Positions 1 to 9,312 of a stretch of 64,000 bases of DNA are shown here, piece by piece. A program made the translations under genes and the position numbers. The DNA is taken from positions 96,001 through 160,000 of the IMG/VR virus record IMGVR_UViG_3300032272_000002. One strand, given 5' to 3'. The stretch is from a virus. The notes below the pieces were generated by a model. That model was not told the DNA's origin and searched no databases. It saw nothing but the letters and a program-made list of their open reading frames with translations. Within the stretch, counting starts at the first letter, position 1, and every line of letters starts with the position of its first letter.

Positions 1-484
1 ACATGTTAGCAGGGAGTAGGTTAGTGACCTCAAGCCCGTACTGCACATGATAAGCTCTTGCCATTTCCATAATGGTTTTCTTGGCGATTCCGTATGGTGC
101 ATTGGTTTCCTCCGGGTAACCTGACCAAAGGTCAGACTCTACGAACGGAACGTTCGTGAATTTAGGATAGGCACATACTGTGCCCAGATTGACAACCTTA
201 TTGATACGTGCAAAACGAGCAATTTCAAGCACGTTGACGCCCATCTGCAAATTCTCATAGATGAATTTACCTGGATTGTCTTTATTGATGCCGATGCCGC
301 CGCAGGTTGCGGCAAGATGAACTATAGCGTCCACGTTTGAACGCAGAACAAACTCGGCTGCCCGTGAGCCATTAAGTAAATTCAGCTCTTTAGAGGTGGG
401 CGTAACCAGCTCGTGCTCATCCTGTAGTTCTGGCACTACGTGTTGACCAACAAAGCCGTGTGCTCCGGTAATTAATACTCTCAT
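1..484 (-). CDS. fcl: GDP-L-fucose synthase (NAD-dependent epimerase/reductase), 3' end outside the window
   Basis: Manual translation from ATG at 484 (ATGA overlap with the upstream gene): MRVLITGAHGFVG (Rossmann), HLAATCGGIGIN, LGTVCAYPK, GYPEETNAPYGIAKK (YxxxK). Frame is open to the window edge. Confidence 0.92.
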   Translation of the reverse strand, partial: MRVLITGAHGFVGQHVVPELQDEHELVTPTSKELNLLNGSRAAEFVLRSNVDAIVHLAATCGGIGINKDNPGKFIYENLQMGVNVLEIARFARINKVVNLGTVCAYPKFTNVPFVESDLWSGYPEETNAPYGIAKKTIMEMARAYHVQYGLEVTNLLPANM

Positions 485-936
485 TTATTATATCTATCTA
501 CATAGTCCGTGCAAATTGCTACGGCTTTAGTTAAGTCCCACTCGGGATGCAATTCCGGCAGGACGGCAATACCTCTTTGCTCGGGAATAGGCTTGCCTGG
601 ATACACCCACGCAAAACCATTGCTCGTCAAAGTCATGTCGTCCTCTTGATGCCAGAAGAATACGGTTGGTGCATCACCCAGGAACGCTTGAAGGGCACTA
701 ATTGCCTCAACGTTCTTACAGTGGATCCAGAGGCCCCTTTTACTCAGCCACCCCATATCTACGAGGTGTAATGGCTCATCATGACCCAAGAAGAACTCGC
801 CATCAATAAACCACAAATCGATTTCTACGTGACAACCCCTCTCAAGAGCCGCTTCGACGTATTTCGGGCTGTTTTCCTCATTTGGGTTGGGGCCGTAGAT
901 ATTTCCACGGTGAGAGATTAAAAGCTTATCGCTCAT
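481..936 (-). CDS. PLC-like/glycerophosphodiester phosphodiesterase-fold protein
   Basis: ISHRGN, ENS, VEIDLW, LGHD and HCKN motifs typical of the GDPD/PI-PLC-like family. Confidence 0.7.
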   Translation of the reverse strand: MSDKLLISHRGNIYGPNPNEENSPKYVEAALERGCHVEIDLWFIDGEFFLGHDEPLHLVDMGWLSKRGLWIHCKNVEAISALQAFLGDAPTVFFWHQEDDMTLTSNGFAWVYPGKPIPEQRGIAVLPELHPEWDLTKAVAICTDYVDRYNK

Positions 937-1672
937 AGCCTAGCAGTTCCGTTAGGTTGCTCGTTTTGTCATAGTAATAGTCGAGCACCGAGTCGGGCAT
1001 CTCTCGCCAGGTCCCAGTCTTGCCAGTACGGAAGTGCGAGTCTTTCTGTTCTTCGCCCTTCACTCTACCGCCAGATAGTTTCTCAAATGAAAACGTCTCC
1101 GACAGTATCTCAAAATCTTGATACGGCACGGAGACATCAATCCACTCGAAGAGATCTAGGAGATTAGTAGTCCAATCTTCAGTAAAAAAAAGTTCACTAT
1201 TGTAAAATTTGATACGCTCATCATCGCAGTCTTCCATCCAGCTACGCATCGCGTCAAATTTGCCCAGACGATCACCCAGCTCATCAATCGTCCACATCAA
1301 GCCGTCCTCAAAACTCAGTGAGGCAATCTTCTCACGGTTGGGATGACCACCGATATGGTTCTTGCCCCAGGACCAGTACGTGGAGACGATGATCTCCCTG
1401 GGGTCCTTATAGAAGTAGAATCCTTTATAGTCTTCTGTCTTCTGGTGTTGTAGAAAGCTCTTGTAATCACAATAGATATTAGATACGATGGCCGGGTGCG
1501 GCATCCGAACTAAGGTCTGCTTGGTGTAGTTCTCATATACCTGCCGCTTGAGGTCCGTCTCGTAATGGTAGACGGGGAGCGGATGGTTACGGAGGAACGC
1601 CGGGTGTCGGAAGAGATCCCGAAACCAAGTGCTCGCCGCCTTGTGAACCGTGCAGTGATAAATACTATGCAT
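926..1672 (-). CDS. Sulfotransferase (PAPS-dependent)
   Basis: 5'-PSB-like HKAASTW, 3'-PB-like KDPREIIVSTY, C-terminal HFRTGKTGTW (RKGxxGxW-like). Confidence 0.8.
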   Translation of the reverse strand: MHSIYHCTVHKAASTWFRDLFRHPAFLRNHPLPVYHYETDLKRQVYENYTKQTLVRMPHPAIVSNIYCDYKSFLQHQKTEDYKGFYFYKDPREIIVSTYWSWGKNHIGGHPNREKIASLSFEDGLMWTIDELGDRLGKFDAMRSWMEDCDDERIKFYNSELFFTEDWTTNLLDLFEWIDVSVPYQDFEILSETFSFEKLSGGRVKGEEQKDSHFRTGKTGTWREMPDSVLDYYYDKTSNLTELLGYER

Positions 1673-2369
1673 TGTAGATGTAGCCGAGATTATAGCCGCC
1701 GCGTTGGCTGCCAGGAATATAGCGGCACTGCGGAGGTACCGTCCATGATTTACCGAAAGTTTCTACCAGGAAATTCTCTACATTCTCGGAGAAGCAGTGA
1801 ACGTCATGGAAGAAGACGGCATATCTGTCGTCGAGGAAAGGAAGAATGGAATTGACATCTGCGATGATCGCCTCGTCATAGTGGAGGGCGTCGATAAAAA
1901 CAAAGTCCAATTTCTCTTGTCCAAAGACTCCAGTAATCGCACCAGCAGTGTCGTCTGGACTCCAGCCGACCACTGGTATAATAATGTCATCCAAATCAAA
2001 TGCGTCAATCAAAAACTGCATAGATTTGTACCCATCTGCGTCTTTATAGGTAGCTTTTTTAGATCGGTAGGCAGCACAGTCGTTGTATTGCTCTTCGATA
2101 TAAGCATCCATCGTGACCATCTTGCCGCCCGTCTCTTTCAAGCCTAAGCCGAAAGCTGTAGCGGAGATTCCGAACGCCGTAGCGATCTCATACCCTCTCT
2201 TTAAATTATGTTCAATGACAAAATTCTTGATGAAGGTGAACTCGTCGTTCTTAATCGACAAGGGCATATTGTGGTTAGACATACGCAGGCTACCGTTTTC
2301 TGGCAGATATTTAATCTCTGCATCATCAGCGATAGCACGAGCATGAATGTCTCGCAAGTAATTATCCAT
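1665..2369 (-). CDS. Class I SAM-dependent methyltransferase (Methyltransf_24-like)
   Basis: EIATAFGISA motif I, DFVFIDALH, FHD. Confidence 0.8.
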   Translation of the reverse strand: MDNYLRDIHARAIADDAEIKYLPENGSLRMSNHNMPLSIKNDEFTFIKNFVIEHNLKRGYEIATAFGISATAFGLGLKETGGKMVTMDAYIEEQYNDCAAYRSKKATYKDADGYKSMQFLIDAFDLDDIIIPVVGWSPDDTAGAITGVFGQEKLDFVFIDALHYDEAIIADVNSILPFLDDRYAVFFHDVHCFSENVENFLVETFGKSWTVPPQCRYIPGSQRGGYNLGYIYNA

Positions 2370-3072
2370 GGGTCAAAAATACCTCTAGATCTTCTGGGGT
2401 TCCTAGTCCCAACATACGATCAACAAAGAAAGGCAACACGATGTCACCTTGTTCAATCATTTCATTAAAGACGGGAGCAATATAGAACTCACCGTTCGTA
2501 CGAATGTCTTTCGCAATCATCGCTTCCGCCGCTCTGACAAAACGTAGCCCACTACGAAAATAATACAGGCCACATGTAGCAACATTAGAAATAGGCCGTT
2601 TCTCAGCCACTTCAACAACTTCAAGCTTCTCGTCCAGCCGAGCAAAACTCCACTTAGGATGACAAGCATTGAAAGAAAAAATAATACCGTCAACGTCTCC
2701 ATGGCGTCTCATCACCTCGAAGTTGCGTTTGTCATACTGCACAAACTGGTCAGAATTAGCAATAATCAATGGCTGATGGTCGCCAATGATGTCCTTGGCA
2801 AGCAATGCTGTACACGCCGCCCCTTCGGTCAGCTCTTCTACCGGCACAACTGTTGCACGACCGTTGGTCATGTGTTGTAGCGTATCTAATAGCTCATACT
2901 TTTGTAGGTGCTCTGTTCGACACAGAAACACATACTCATCACACTCGGGCAGCGTATCAATCACCACCTGAATCATAGGCTTTCCTTTAACGTCAATAAG
3001 AGGCTTAGGGAAGGTGTATCCCTTCTCCGCAAACCTACTACCTTCACCGGCCATCGGAATCAATGCTCGCAT
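2362..3072 (-). CDS. Sugar/polyol-phosphate nucleotidyltransferase
   Basis: IPMAGEGSRF..PKPLI, NSDQ, EKRPIS, GEFY, LGTPEDL. Confidence 0.85.
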   Translation of the reverse strand: MRALIPMAGEGSRFAEKGYTFPKPLIDVKGKPMIQVVIDTLPECDEYVFLCRTEHLQKYELLDTLQHMTNGRATVVPVEELTEGAACTALLAKDIIGDHQPLIIANSDQFVQYDKRNFEVMRRHGDVDGIIFSFNACHPKWSFARLDEKLEVVEVAEKRPISNVATCGLYYFRSGLRFVRAAEAMIAKDIRTNGEFYIAPVFNEMIEQGDIVLPFFVDRMLGLGTPEDLEVFLTHG

Positions 3073-3682
3073 GTTTCAATACCTCCGCAATATTTTTCCA
3101 CGTCACTTCGTGTGGCCCTTGAACGTGCCAGATGTGGGCTCCGGTAGCTTGTGCCGCCTCTAGCCCCTTGCTTGAATCTTCTACAATTACTGTGTGCTCT
3201 GGCAAGAGGCCGAACTCACTCATTCCCTTCCAATACCCCTCAGGGTGAGGCTTGGGACAATGTACGTCCTCATTACTGATTACACACTCCATGGCTCCCC
3301 ATAAGTCAGTGGCGGTTAAGAGCTGCTCAGCATTAGATCTAGTTGAATTAGTAACGCAACCAATGCGATAGCCGTCAGCCCTCAATACGTCTAGCATGAG
3401 ACGCTTCTTGCGGTCTCTTTTAATCGTATCTTCAATGAGTACCCTAGTAAGCATTTGCTTTTTATCAGAGATAGCATCAACATCTGCCTCGCTGATGTCG
3501 CCCCTGCTGACTAGCATCGATAACTTCTTGCGTGTTGGTAGTCCGTTCAGTTGAATATCATGAAAGTCGTCCGTGATAGTAAAGCCGCCAATTTCTTTGA
3601 CCGCCTGAAGGAATGCCTGTTTGTGTAGTTCAACAGCGTCCACCAAAACGCCATCAAGATCGAAAAGAATAAGCTTAATCAT
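3044..3682 (-). CDS. HAD-superfamily phosphatase
   Basis: FDLDGVL, VTNS, KPHP, VEDS. Start reassigned to ATG 3682 (ATGA overlap). Confidence 0.88.
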   Translation of the reverse strand: MIKLILFDLDGVLVDAVELHKQAFLQAVKEIGGFTITDDFHDIQLNGLPTRKKLSMLVSRGDISEADVDAISDKKQMLTRVLIEDTIKRDRKKRLMLDVLRADGYRIGCVTNSTRSNAEQLLTATDLWGAMECVISNEDVHCPKPHPEGYWKGMSEFGLLPEHTVIVEDSSKGLEAAQATGAHIWHVQGPHEVTWKNIAEVLKHASIDSDGR

Positions 3683-4392
3683 AACTGCGGCAACCTCTCC
3701 CAAGGTGCGGGGTCTTTCTGCTTGAGGAATTTCACAGACGAATTGGCATTCATCTTGAAGACCTCTGGTCCATACTTGGCATAGGCGAGGCGAGACCACT
3801 GTACGTCTTCTCCCTGTCCCCATACTCTGTTTTCATCCAGCGGAATCTCAAGCATGACTGACTTTTTGGCACAGAAATATGCACCAGAATAGTACTGCCA
3901 ACGTTCGTGTCCCGTTGTGCCATAACGCATCAACATGCCGGGTGGGTGTTCCTTAGGTGGCTCCTCTTTGTCAATCGGCGGCTTCATCCAGGCGTCATTA
4001 TAGATAACGCACCAATCACGGAACCTGCTGCCGTTCGCATTCTGAACGCACGTCATACAGGTCAGCCACTCTTCTCCAAACTCTTCGAATCCAGCCAGCC
4101 ACCCAGGCTGTAGAGCCACATAGTCATGCAGATAACAAATATTGTCATGGTCTGCATACCCAGTGATTAGATTCTTCTTGCGTGTAATCCACCCATCTTT
4201 TTTCTTTTCATCAAAAGGAACATGGAATACATTACCTACGACGTTGACTAATGCTTCGTGGTCTTCGCCCTCTTTTTCGCCGCCAACTACGATAATTTGG
4301 TGTTCGGGCACTTCCTCAACAATAGAGCGAATCACTTCGAGCAAGCGAGCCTGTTCTGTCCCTGTAGTGATAATACCGAACGTCCACTTCAT
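3679..4392 (-). CDS. GT-A fold (GT2-like) glycosyltransferase
   Basis: WTFGIIT N-terminus, KKNL..HDYV (DxD-like), GEDVQWS. Confidence 0.65.
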   Translation of the reverse strand: MKWTFGIITTGTEQARLLEVIRSIVEEVPEHQIIVVGGEKEGEDHEALVNVVGNVFHVPFDEKKKDGWITRKKNLITGYADHDNICYLHDYVALQPGWLAGFEEFGEEWLTCMTCVQNANGSRFRDWCVIYNDAWMKPPIDKEEPPKEHPPGMLMRYGTTGHERWQYYSGAYFCAKKSVMLEIPLDENRVWGQGEDVQWSRLAYAKYGPEVFKMNANSSVKFLKQKDPAPWERLPQL

Positions 4393-4664
4393 AATGCACC
4401 GTCTAAATTAAACGACTCGATGCCGCTATTATTTGGTTCTTGATAGAACTTGGCATGCCACTCGCCAATGATGTCAAATTGATATCTGTCCAAGAATCTA
4501 AGCATAGAGGTTGTGTCTTTGCGGCCAGAGATTTCCCCGAAGTCCATATGGAACCTCATCCATAGGTTGCCAACCTTCCAAAGACTAAACTGCCTGTGCA
4601 TATTACCCCTGGGTCGTCTAGCTCTTACAATGATTCCATTCTTCAGATCTTTATCAGTAATCAT
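4389..4664 (-). CDS. Hypothetical protein with C-terminal FNLDGAL tag
   Basis: ATGA-coupled on both sides. Confidence 0.7.
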   Translation of the reverse strand: MITDKDLKNGIIVRARRPRGNMHRQFSLWKVGNLWMRFHMDFGEISGRKDTTSMLRFLDRYQFDIIGEWHAKFYQEPNNSGIESFNLDGAL

Positions 4665-5311
4665 TTTTGTAGGCGTACGATCAAGTCGTGATGTGCCGCT
4701 CCTGGTGTGGGAATAATCTCACTTGTCATGCGAACACCAAGCTCTGCGAAGAAAACCTGTAGCTTTTGCCAACTGTAAGAATTCCAGAAGTGTGTAACCT
4801 CGGGATGTCCTTCAACGTTCGAGCTTCGCTCTTCGATGATGTCTTCTGCTCCGTTGTGGGGGTGTAGAAAGAACACAATAATCAGCTCGGTCTTGGCAAC
4901 CTCAAGTGCCTGTCTGATAGTCTCCTGGTATTCTCCAGCGTGAATGTGCTCTAGTAGGTGGCGTATCAACACCACGTCAAAAGAGTCGCTCTCGAACTTC
5001 TCAGTCAATTCCTGACAGAAGCCTTGCTCCATTCGTGCTTCGGGATATTTCTCGGCAGCAATATCCACGAACTGCTGGGTAAGATCAAAGCCGGTGTACT
5101 GATGCTCAACGTTCATGGCCTTCCAGCACTCGTGGTTGACAGCGGTGCCACAGGCCACATCAAGTACCCTGGGATTCTCATAGGAGGCTAAAATTTGCCC
5201 CAAACGCTGGCGACCAAAGTTGTCAATGCCCGTGCGGTGATTACGTAGGAAATTCGCCGCATGTTCTGCGGTGAAAAAGTCATGGTCGTTGCTGTGTGTC
5301 TTATAGCTCAT
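4661..5311 (-). CDS. Class I SAM-dependent methyltransferase
   Basis: VLDVACGTA, GFDLT, FDVVLIRHLLEH. Start set at ATG 5311 (ATGA overlap). Confidence 0.85.
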   Translation of the reverse strand: MSYKTHSNDHDFFTAEHAANFLRNHRTGIDNFGRQRLGQILASYENPRVLDVACGTAVNHECWKAMNVEHQYTGFDLTQQFVDIAAEKYPEARMEQGFCQELTEKFESDSFDVVLIRHLLEHIHAGEYQETIRQALEVAKTELIIVFFLHPHNGAEDIIEERSSNVEGHPEVTHFWNSYSWQKLQVFFAELGVRMTSEIIPTPGAAHHDLIVRLQK

Positions 5312-6294
5312 AGTAGCCCAAGCTCTCCAAAAATATGTTGGAAACGATGTTCCCATTGGTGCTCTTTGAGCATGCGTTCGCGGCCCGCCTTCGCAATAGC
5401 CTCACGCTCATCTTCGTGTTCAAGATAGTATCTACTCTTCTCAATAATCTCTTCCGCACTTCTGACAACGACGATCTCTTTGTCTGGTACAAAGTAGGAC
5501 TCTAGGTCGTCAGCAGGAGTTGTCAGTTGAAACTGCCCAGTCTGTGGGATTTCAAAGTGACGCCCCTTGATCTGAGGCATGGTGCCATAGTGCCAGGGGT
5601 TAGCAATGTTCAGGCAAATCTTAGAGCTATTAAAAACATCTACCACACGCTGGAAGTGCGTCAAGTAACCTTGCCAGTTGTCGTAGCCATCCCAGTAATT
5701 ACCAAAGAGGTCAATGTCTAGACCGGCTGCCATAATGGCATCAATAACTTCAGCACGCACAAACTTCATGCCTTCGGCTGTTTGGTGTTGGCCGTGTTTT
5801 TGACCAATAAAGCTGAGATCGTGTACCTTCTCTGTGCCAGGCACATGCTGGTAGAACGGCGACCCCGCCCATTGAGACTTGATAGCATTCATGCCGCATT
5901 TTTCATACCATGGTAGCGTAGCCGAGTGCGTAGTCACAAAATGAGAGACGCGATCCTTGCGTTGCTTGATCCAGTTCCCAAAACGCCAGCTCGTATCACA
6001 GTCCCACTGAATGACAGGTATGTCTTTCTTAAGTGCAAACTTAGCCACTGGCTCGGGAAGGTCTAATGACTCATTAAATGCAACATGAAAGACTGCATCG
6101 ATATTTCCATCGATAATAAACTCTAGACCAGACTGATGAGTATTCTGACAGGCATCAGGATATAGGAAGCTAGCTTCGAAAAGTCCTTTATCCACACAGT
6201 TATGAAAACCAGCCTCTAGGTTGTGATGCTCGTAAGAGAACCCTTCCTCTTCTTTGCCGTAATTATACAGTAATCCTACGTATAGTACTCTCAT
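5308..6294 (-). CDS. GT-B glycosyltransferase, CgeB/YkvP-like
   Basis: DLSFIG, SKICLN, KGRHFE, and EREAIAKAG..EHQWEHR C-terminus. Confidence 0.85.
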   Translation of the reverse strand: MRVLYVGLLYNYGKEEEGFSYEHHNLEAGFHNCVDKGLFEASFLYPDACQNTHQSGLEFIIDGNIDAVFHVAFNESLDLPEPVAKFALKKDIPVIQWDCDTSWRFGNWIKQRKDRVSHFVTTHSATLPWYEKCGMNAIKSQWAGSPFYQHVPGTEKVHDLSFIGQKHGQHQTAEGMKFVRAEVIDAIMAAGLDIDLFGNYWDGYDNWQGYLTHFQRVVDVFNSSKICLNIANPWHYGTMPQIKGRHFEIPQTGQFQLTTPADDLESYFVPDKEIVVVRSAEEIIEKSRYYLEHEDEREAIAKAGRERMLKEHQWEHRFQHIFGELGLL

Positions 6295-6956
6295 CGTGGT
6301 ACGCTCGTGTTAGCTGTCCAGACATATAATCTCTCTGGAATATTATGGAAAGTAAAACCACCCTGCATGAGCTTCATCCAGGTTGCCCAATCTTCTTTGC
6401 CCAGCATGTCCTGGCTGGTTACGTAACCGCCAACGTGAGTTAATGCAGAGCGACGAATCATAAGGCTGCCGTGACACATGATGTTCTCATGCGAAAGACG
6501 CTCTTGAATTTGTGCGTGCCTCTCATACTGGCCAGGCTTGAAGCAAGACGGCTCCATATGTGTGCCGATTCGATCCCACGCCAGCGTGCCACACACGTCC
6601 ACGTCAGGATTGTTCATTAAAAACTGACGCTGAAACTCCATCTTACACGGCATGTATTCGTCATCAGCGTCTAGGAATGCTACCCAGTCCCCCGTGCAAT
6701 GTTGCAGCCCGAAGTTCTTAGCCTTAGCCAAGCCCTCTTTTTTAGGCCGCTCCCAGTATGTAATAGACAAGCTCTCCAGAAAATCAGTTATCACTAACTC
6801 GGTATGCTCCCAGCACTCGTCTAGCACAATGATGGTTTCAAAGTCGCCAAACGATTGATTGGCCAGAGACGCCAAGGCACCGTGTAGGAGATCGTCATGT
6901 AGTTCATCTTGACTGTGAACACAGATCAAGACACTAATCTTATCATTACGCTTCAT
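6291..6956 (-). CDS. GT2 glycosyltransferase
   Basis: ISVLI, GLAKAKNFG, FLDADD, HGS, EDW. Confidence 0.88.
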   Translation of the reverse strand: MKRNDKISVLICVHSQDELHDDLLHGALASLANQSFGDFETIIVLDECWEHTELVITDFLESLSITYWERPKKEGLAKAKNFGLQHCTGDWVAFLDADDEYMPCKMEFQRQFLMNNPDVDVCGTLAWDRIGTHMEPSCFKPGQYERHAQIQERLSHENIMCHGSLMIRRSALTHVGGYVTSQDMLGKEDWATWMKLMQGGFTFHNIPERLYVWTANTSVPR

Positions 6957-7830
6957 GAGGAAATAATGTTTGGAGGATCGTCTCGCAACGACTCTCATAA
7001 GTATGATGACCTAAAATCAGATTTTGTCCAAGTGCTCTTTGACTTTCTTCTAATGTTTTAATATCTTCACTACCTTGAATGATATCATCTATCGTGCGAT
7101 AAGGAATATGATTACAGACATGCATCAGGCCCGCCTGCATATTAATCTCTAAGTCTCTCGCCTCGGTCATCACAATAGCACCAGCAGCCTGAGCCTCCCA
7201 GTAACGCATGTTCAATAGGCCAGCACCCTGATCGGGATTTTGATTAATCACAACCTTAGCCTTAGCTAACGCATCGATATACTGTTCGCGGAATAAACCA
7301 CTAATAAGTTCTAATCTAATTCCTTTCTTAGAAAGAGATTTGGAAAGGGATACGCGATCTGGGCGAGAGGTTCCTGGTAGAACAAAGTCATACTCTTTTT
7401 CCACGCCGTGACGTACGTGAAGCTCGGCATCTACAGCATAAGGTAGATAGGTGCTATTGGGAAACTTGTCTAGGTCCAGTGGGTTGGCGATGAATTGGTG
7501 CTCGAACTGGAAGAAGTTGTTAAAGCCCGTTAAATGATCCTGGTAATAAGATGTATCAAATAACCAGCACGCAGTTTTGCGAGCCTTCACCACCTTGAAG
7601 CCGCCGTATGCCGGATCGGCATCGTTGCACTCCATGTAGAGAGCCAGGTCATACTCGTGCTCACGCACAGAAGCCGTGGGATCTACCTGTTCCATCCAGG
7701 TATCCGTCTGGTAGTAATTACCATAAGGAGTCACGTCGTGGCCCAAGTTGCGAAACGCTTTGACTACGAGGTCCCCCGTGGCCCACTCGGGGCTTTGGGG
7801 GATACCTCTATATGCTACTAGTATTTTCAT
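6946..7830 (-). CDS. GT-B glycosyltransferase, CgeB-like
   Basis: LPYAVD, KVVINQ, NMRYWE, HHTYESR. Confidence 0.75.
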   Translation of the reverse strand: MKILVAYRGIPQSPEWATGDLVVKAFRNLGHDVTPYGNYYQTDTWMEQVDPTASVREHEYDLALYMECNDADPAYGGFKVVKARKTACWLFDTSYYQDHLTGFNNFFQFEHQFIANPLDLDKFPNSTYLPYAVDAELHVRHGVEKEYDFVLPGTSRPDRVSLSKSLSKKGIRLELISGLFREQYIDALAKAKVVINQNPDQGAGLLNMRYWEAQAAGAIVMTEARDLEINMQAGLMHVCNHIPYRTIDDIIQGSEDIKTLEESQRALGQNLILGHHTYESRCETILQTLFPHEA

Positions 7831-9305
7831 TTTCTGCGTCTAAATCTAATGCTACGCACAACACGCTTGATGCGAGTAGCAACCCAGGTTACGATAGTGG
7901 GCTTGTCGCCTGGAATCATAGCCAGCAAGGCTTGCATCTTGATGCCGTCCTCGTCTTGATATTCAGATGCTCCCCACGAACCGAAGTTATTGCGTTGGTC
8001 GCTGATATCATTAAAGTGATGGAAGATAGCAACACCACGATTGGATAGCTCTTGCAGATATGTATCGTACAAATCACGCATGCGAGAATCAAACTGTGCA
8101 TTCCACGCGGCCACATTCCAGGTTTGCTTAGGAATAATGCCTTGCCCGCCCTCGTAAGTTACTAGGGTCATGCCGTTCTCGGTCGCGAGCGTCTTCTGGG
8201 CAGACACGTTGCCTAAGATGAAAGGCAGTGCATCTTCGGTGTCGTCTAGAATTTGACTAGTTGTAGTGGTAGAGTCATAATTCCTAGAGACAGGGCGGCG
8301 AGGAGCGAAGTAGGGGGCAATAGCCAGCTCTTCACCCTCTAGACCAGTCGCCAAAAGCTTCTCGGTATAGCCGGGGTTATTGCTGTGAGTACCAATCACT
8401 TTGATAAGACGATCAGTCTGTCCTTCGAATACTTCATCCCAAATAGCCCAGTTACGTTCGTGTTCTTCTTTGGCTACTTGATATGTGCTGATACCACGAT
8501 TTACGGCCTCTTGCTGTACCCAATTGTAAACAATAAACTGACTATTCCAAAACTCATTAGACCACTCTAGGCGAATCTTACGCTCAGGGTCTAGCGTGTC
8601 TCGGACGATGGTGGCGAACAGTCTCACGTATTCTTCATCGAATAGATGGTACATAGAAAACCAGGGATCTACCTTGGCTCTATTACTAAGCTGAACCATA
8701 AATTCAATAGCCACACCGTCGCTGCCCTGCGGTAACGCCTTGCCCGTGCCTGTGCCATATTGCCTAATGCTTTGAGGAGTGTGTCGCCCCTCCACGGTAG
8801 GAGTTGACGTGCTATTGTTTACGCCCTGCCAGTCCATGAAACGCACATGTCCAAAACGCTTAACGTGATCTATGAACGGCTGTTGAAACGAGCCGCGAAA
8901 TAGTTCACTCAGGGGTGAGATATGAATGTTACCAATAGGATTAGAGACATCAGAGTTTTCAATAACAACTCCTAAGGAGCCCATAGTGGGATCTACCTCT
9001 AGTAGAATCAAGCCAGGGTTGCTAGAGACAACGGTGGCCGCTCGCGAGAAGCTCAAGTCACCCTGTCCAGTATAGGATACAAAATATGACCCGCCAGGAT
9101 AATGGCCGTTAGAGTTTACGAACATGCTCGTTGTTACCGCATCGTCCGTGATCTGTGAGAAGTCTGGGTAGCCATCGGGGAGCAACGGTACTGGGGCGTT
9201 GCGATCACCTACAAATTGCCAATCGCGAGACATCTGAAATACGTTTGAAAAGGCCCAAGCACGCGAAAAATATACGGGTGCAGCCAGATTGATTCCGATC
9301 TTCAT
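7827..9305 (-). CDS. Putative glycoside hydrolase (clan GH-A-like TIM barrel, 'cellulose-binding protein' type)
   Basis: IGINL, RFMDW, DPWF, EWSNEFWN (acid/base-like NE), YEGGQ (nucleophile-like), GSWG. Confidence 0.6.
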   Translation of the reverse strand: MKIGINLAAPVYFSRAWAFSNVFQMSRDWQFVGDRNAPVPLLPDGYPDFSQITDDAVTTSMFVNSNGHYPGGSYFVSYTGQGDLSFSRAATVVSSNPGLILLEVDPTMGSLGVVIENSDVSNPIGNIHISPLSELFRGSFQQPFIDHVKRFGHVRFMDWQGVNNSTSTPTVEGRHTPQSIRQYGTGTGKALPQGSDGVAIEFMVQLSNRAKVDPWFSMYHLFDEEYVRLFATIVRDTLDPERKIRLEWSNEFWNSQFIVYNWVQQEAVNRGISTYQVAKEEHERNWAIWDEVFEGQTDRLIKVIGTHSNNPGYTEKLLATGLEGEELAIAPYFAPRRPVSRNYDSTTTTSQILDDTEDALPFILGNVSAQKTLATENGMTLVTYEGGQGIIPKQTWNVAAWNAQFDSRMRDLYDTYLQELSNRGVAIFHHFNDISDQRNNFGSWGASEYQDEDGIKMQALLAMIPGDKPTIVTWVATRIKRVVRSIRFRRRK

Positions 9306-9312
9306 TAATAGT

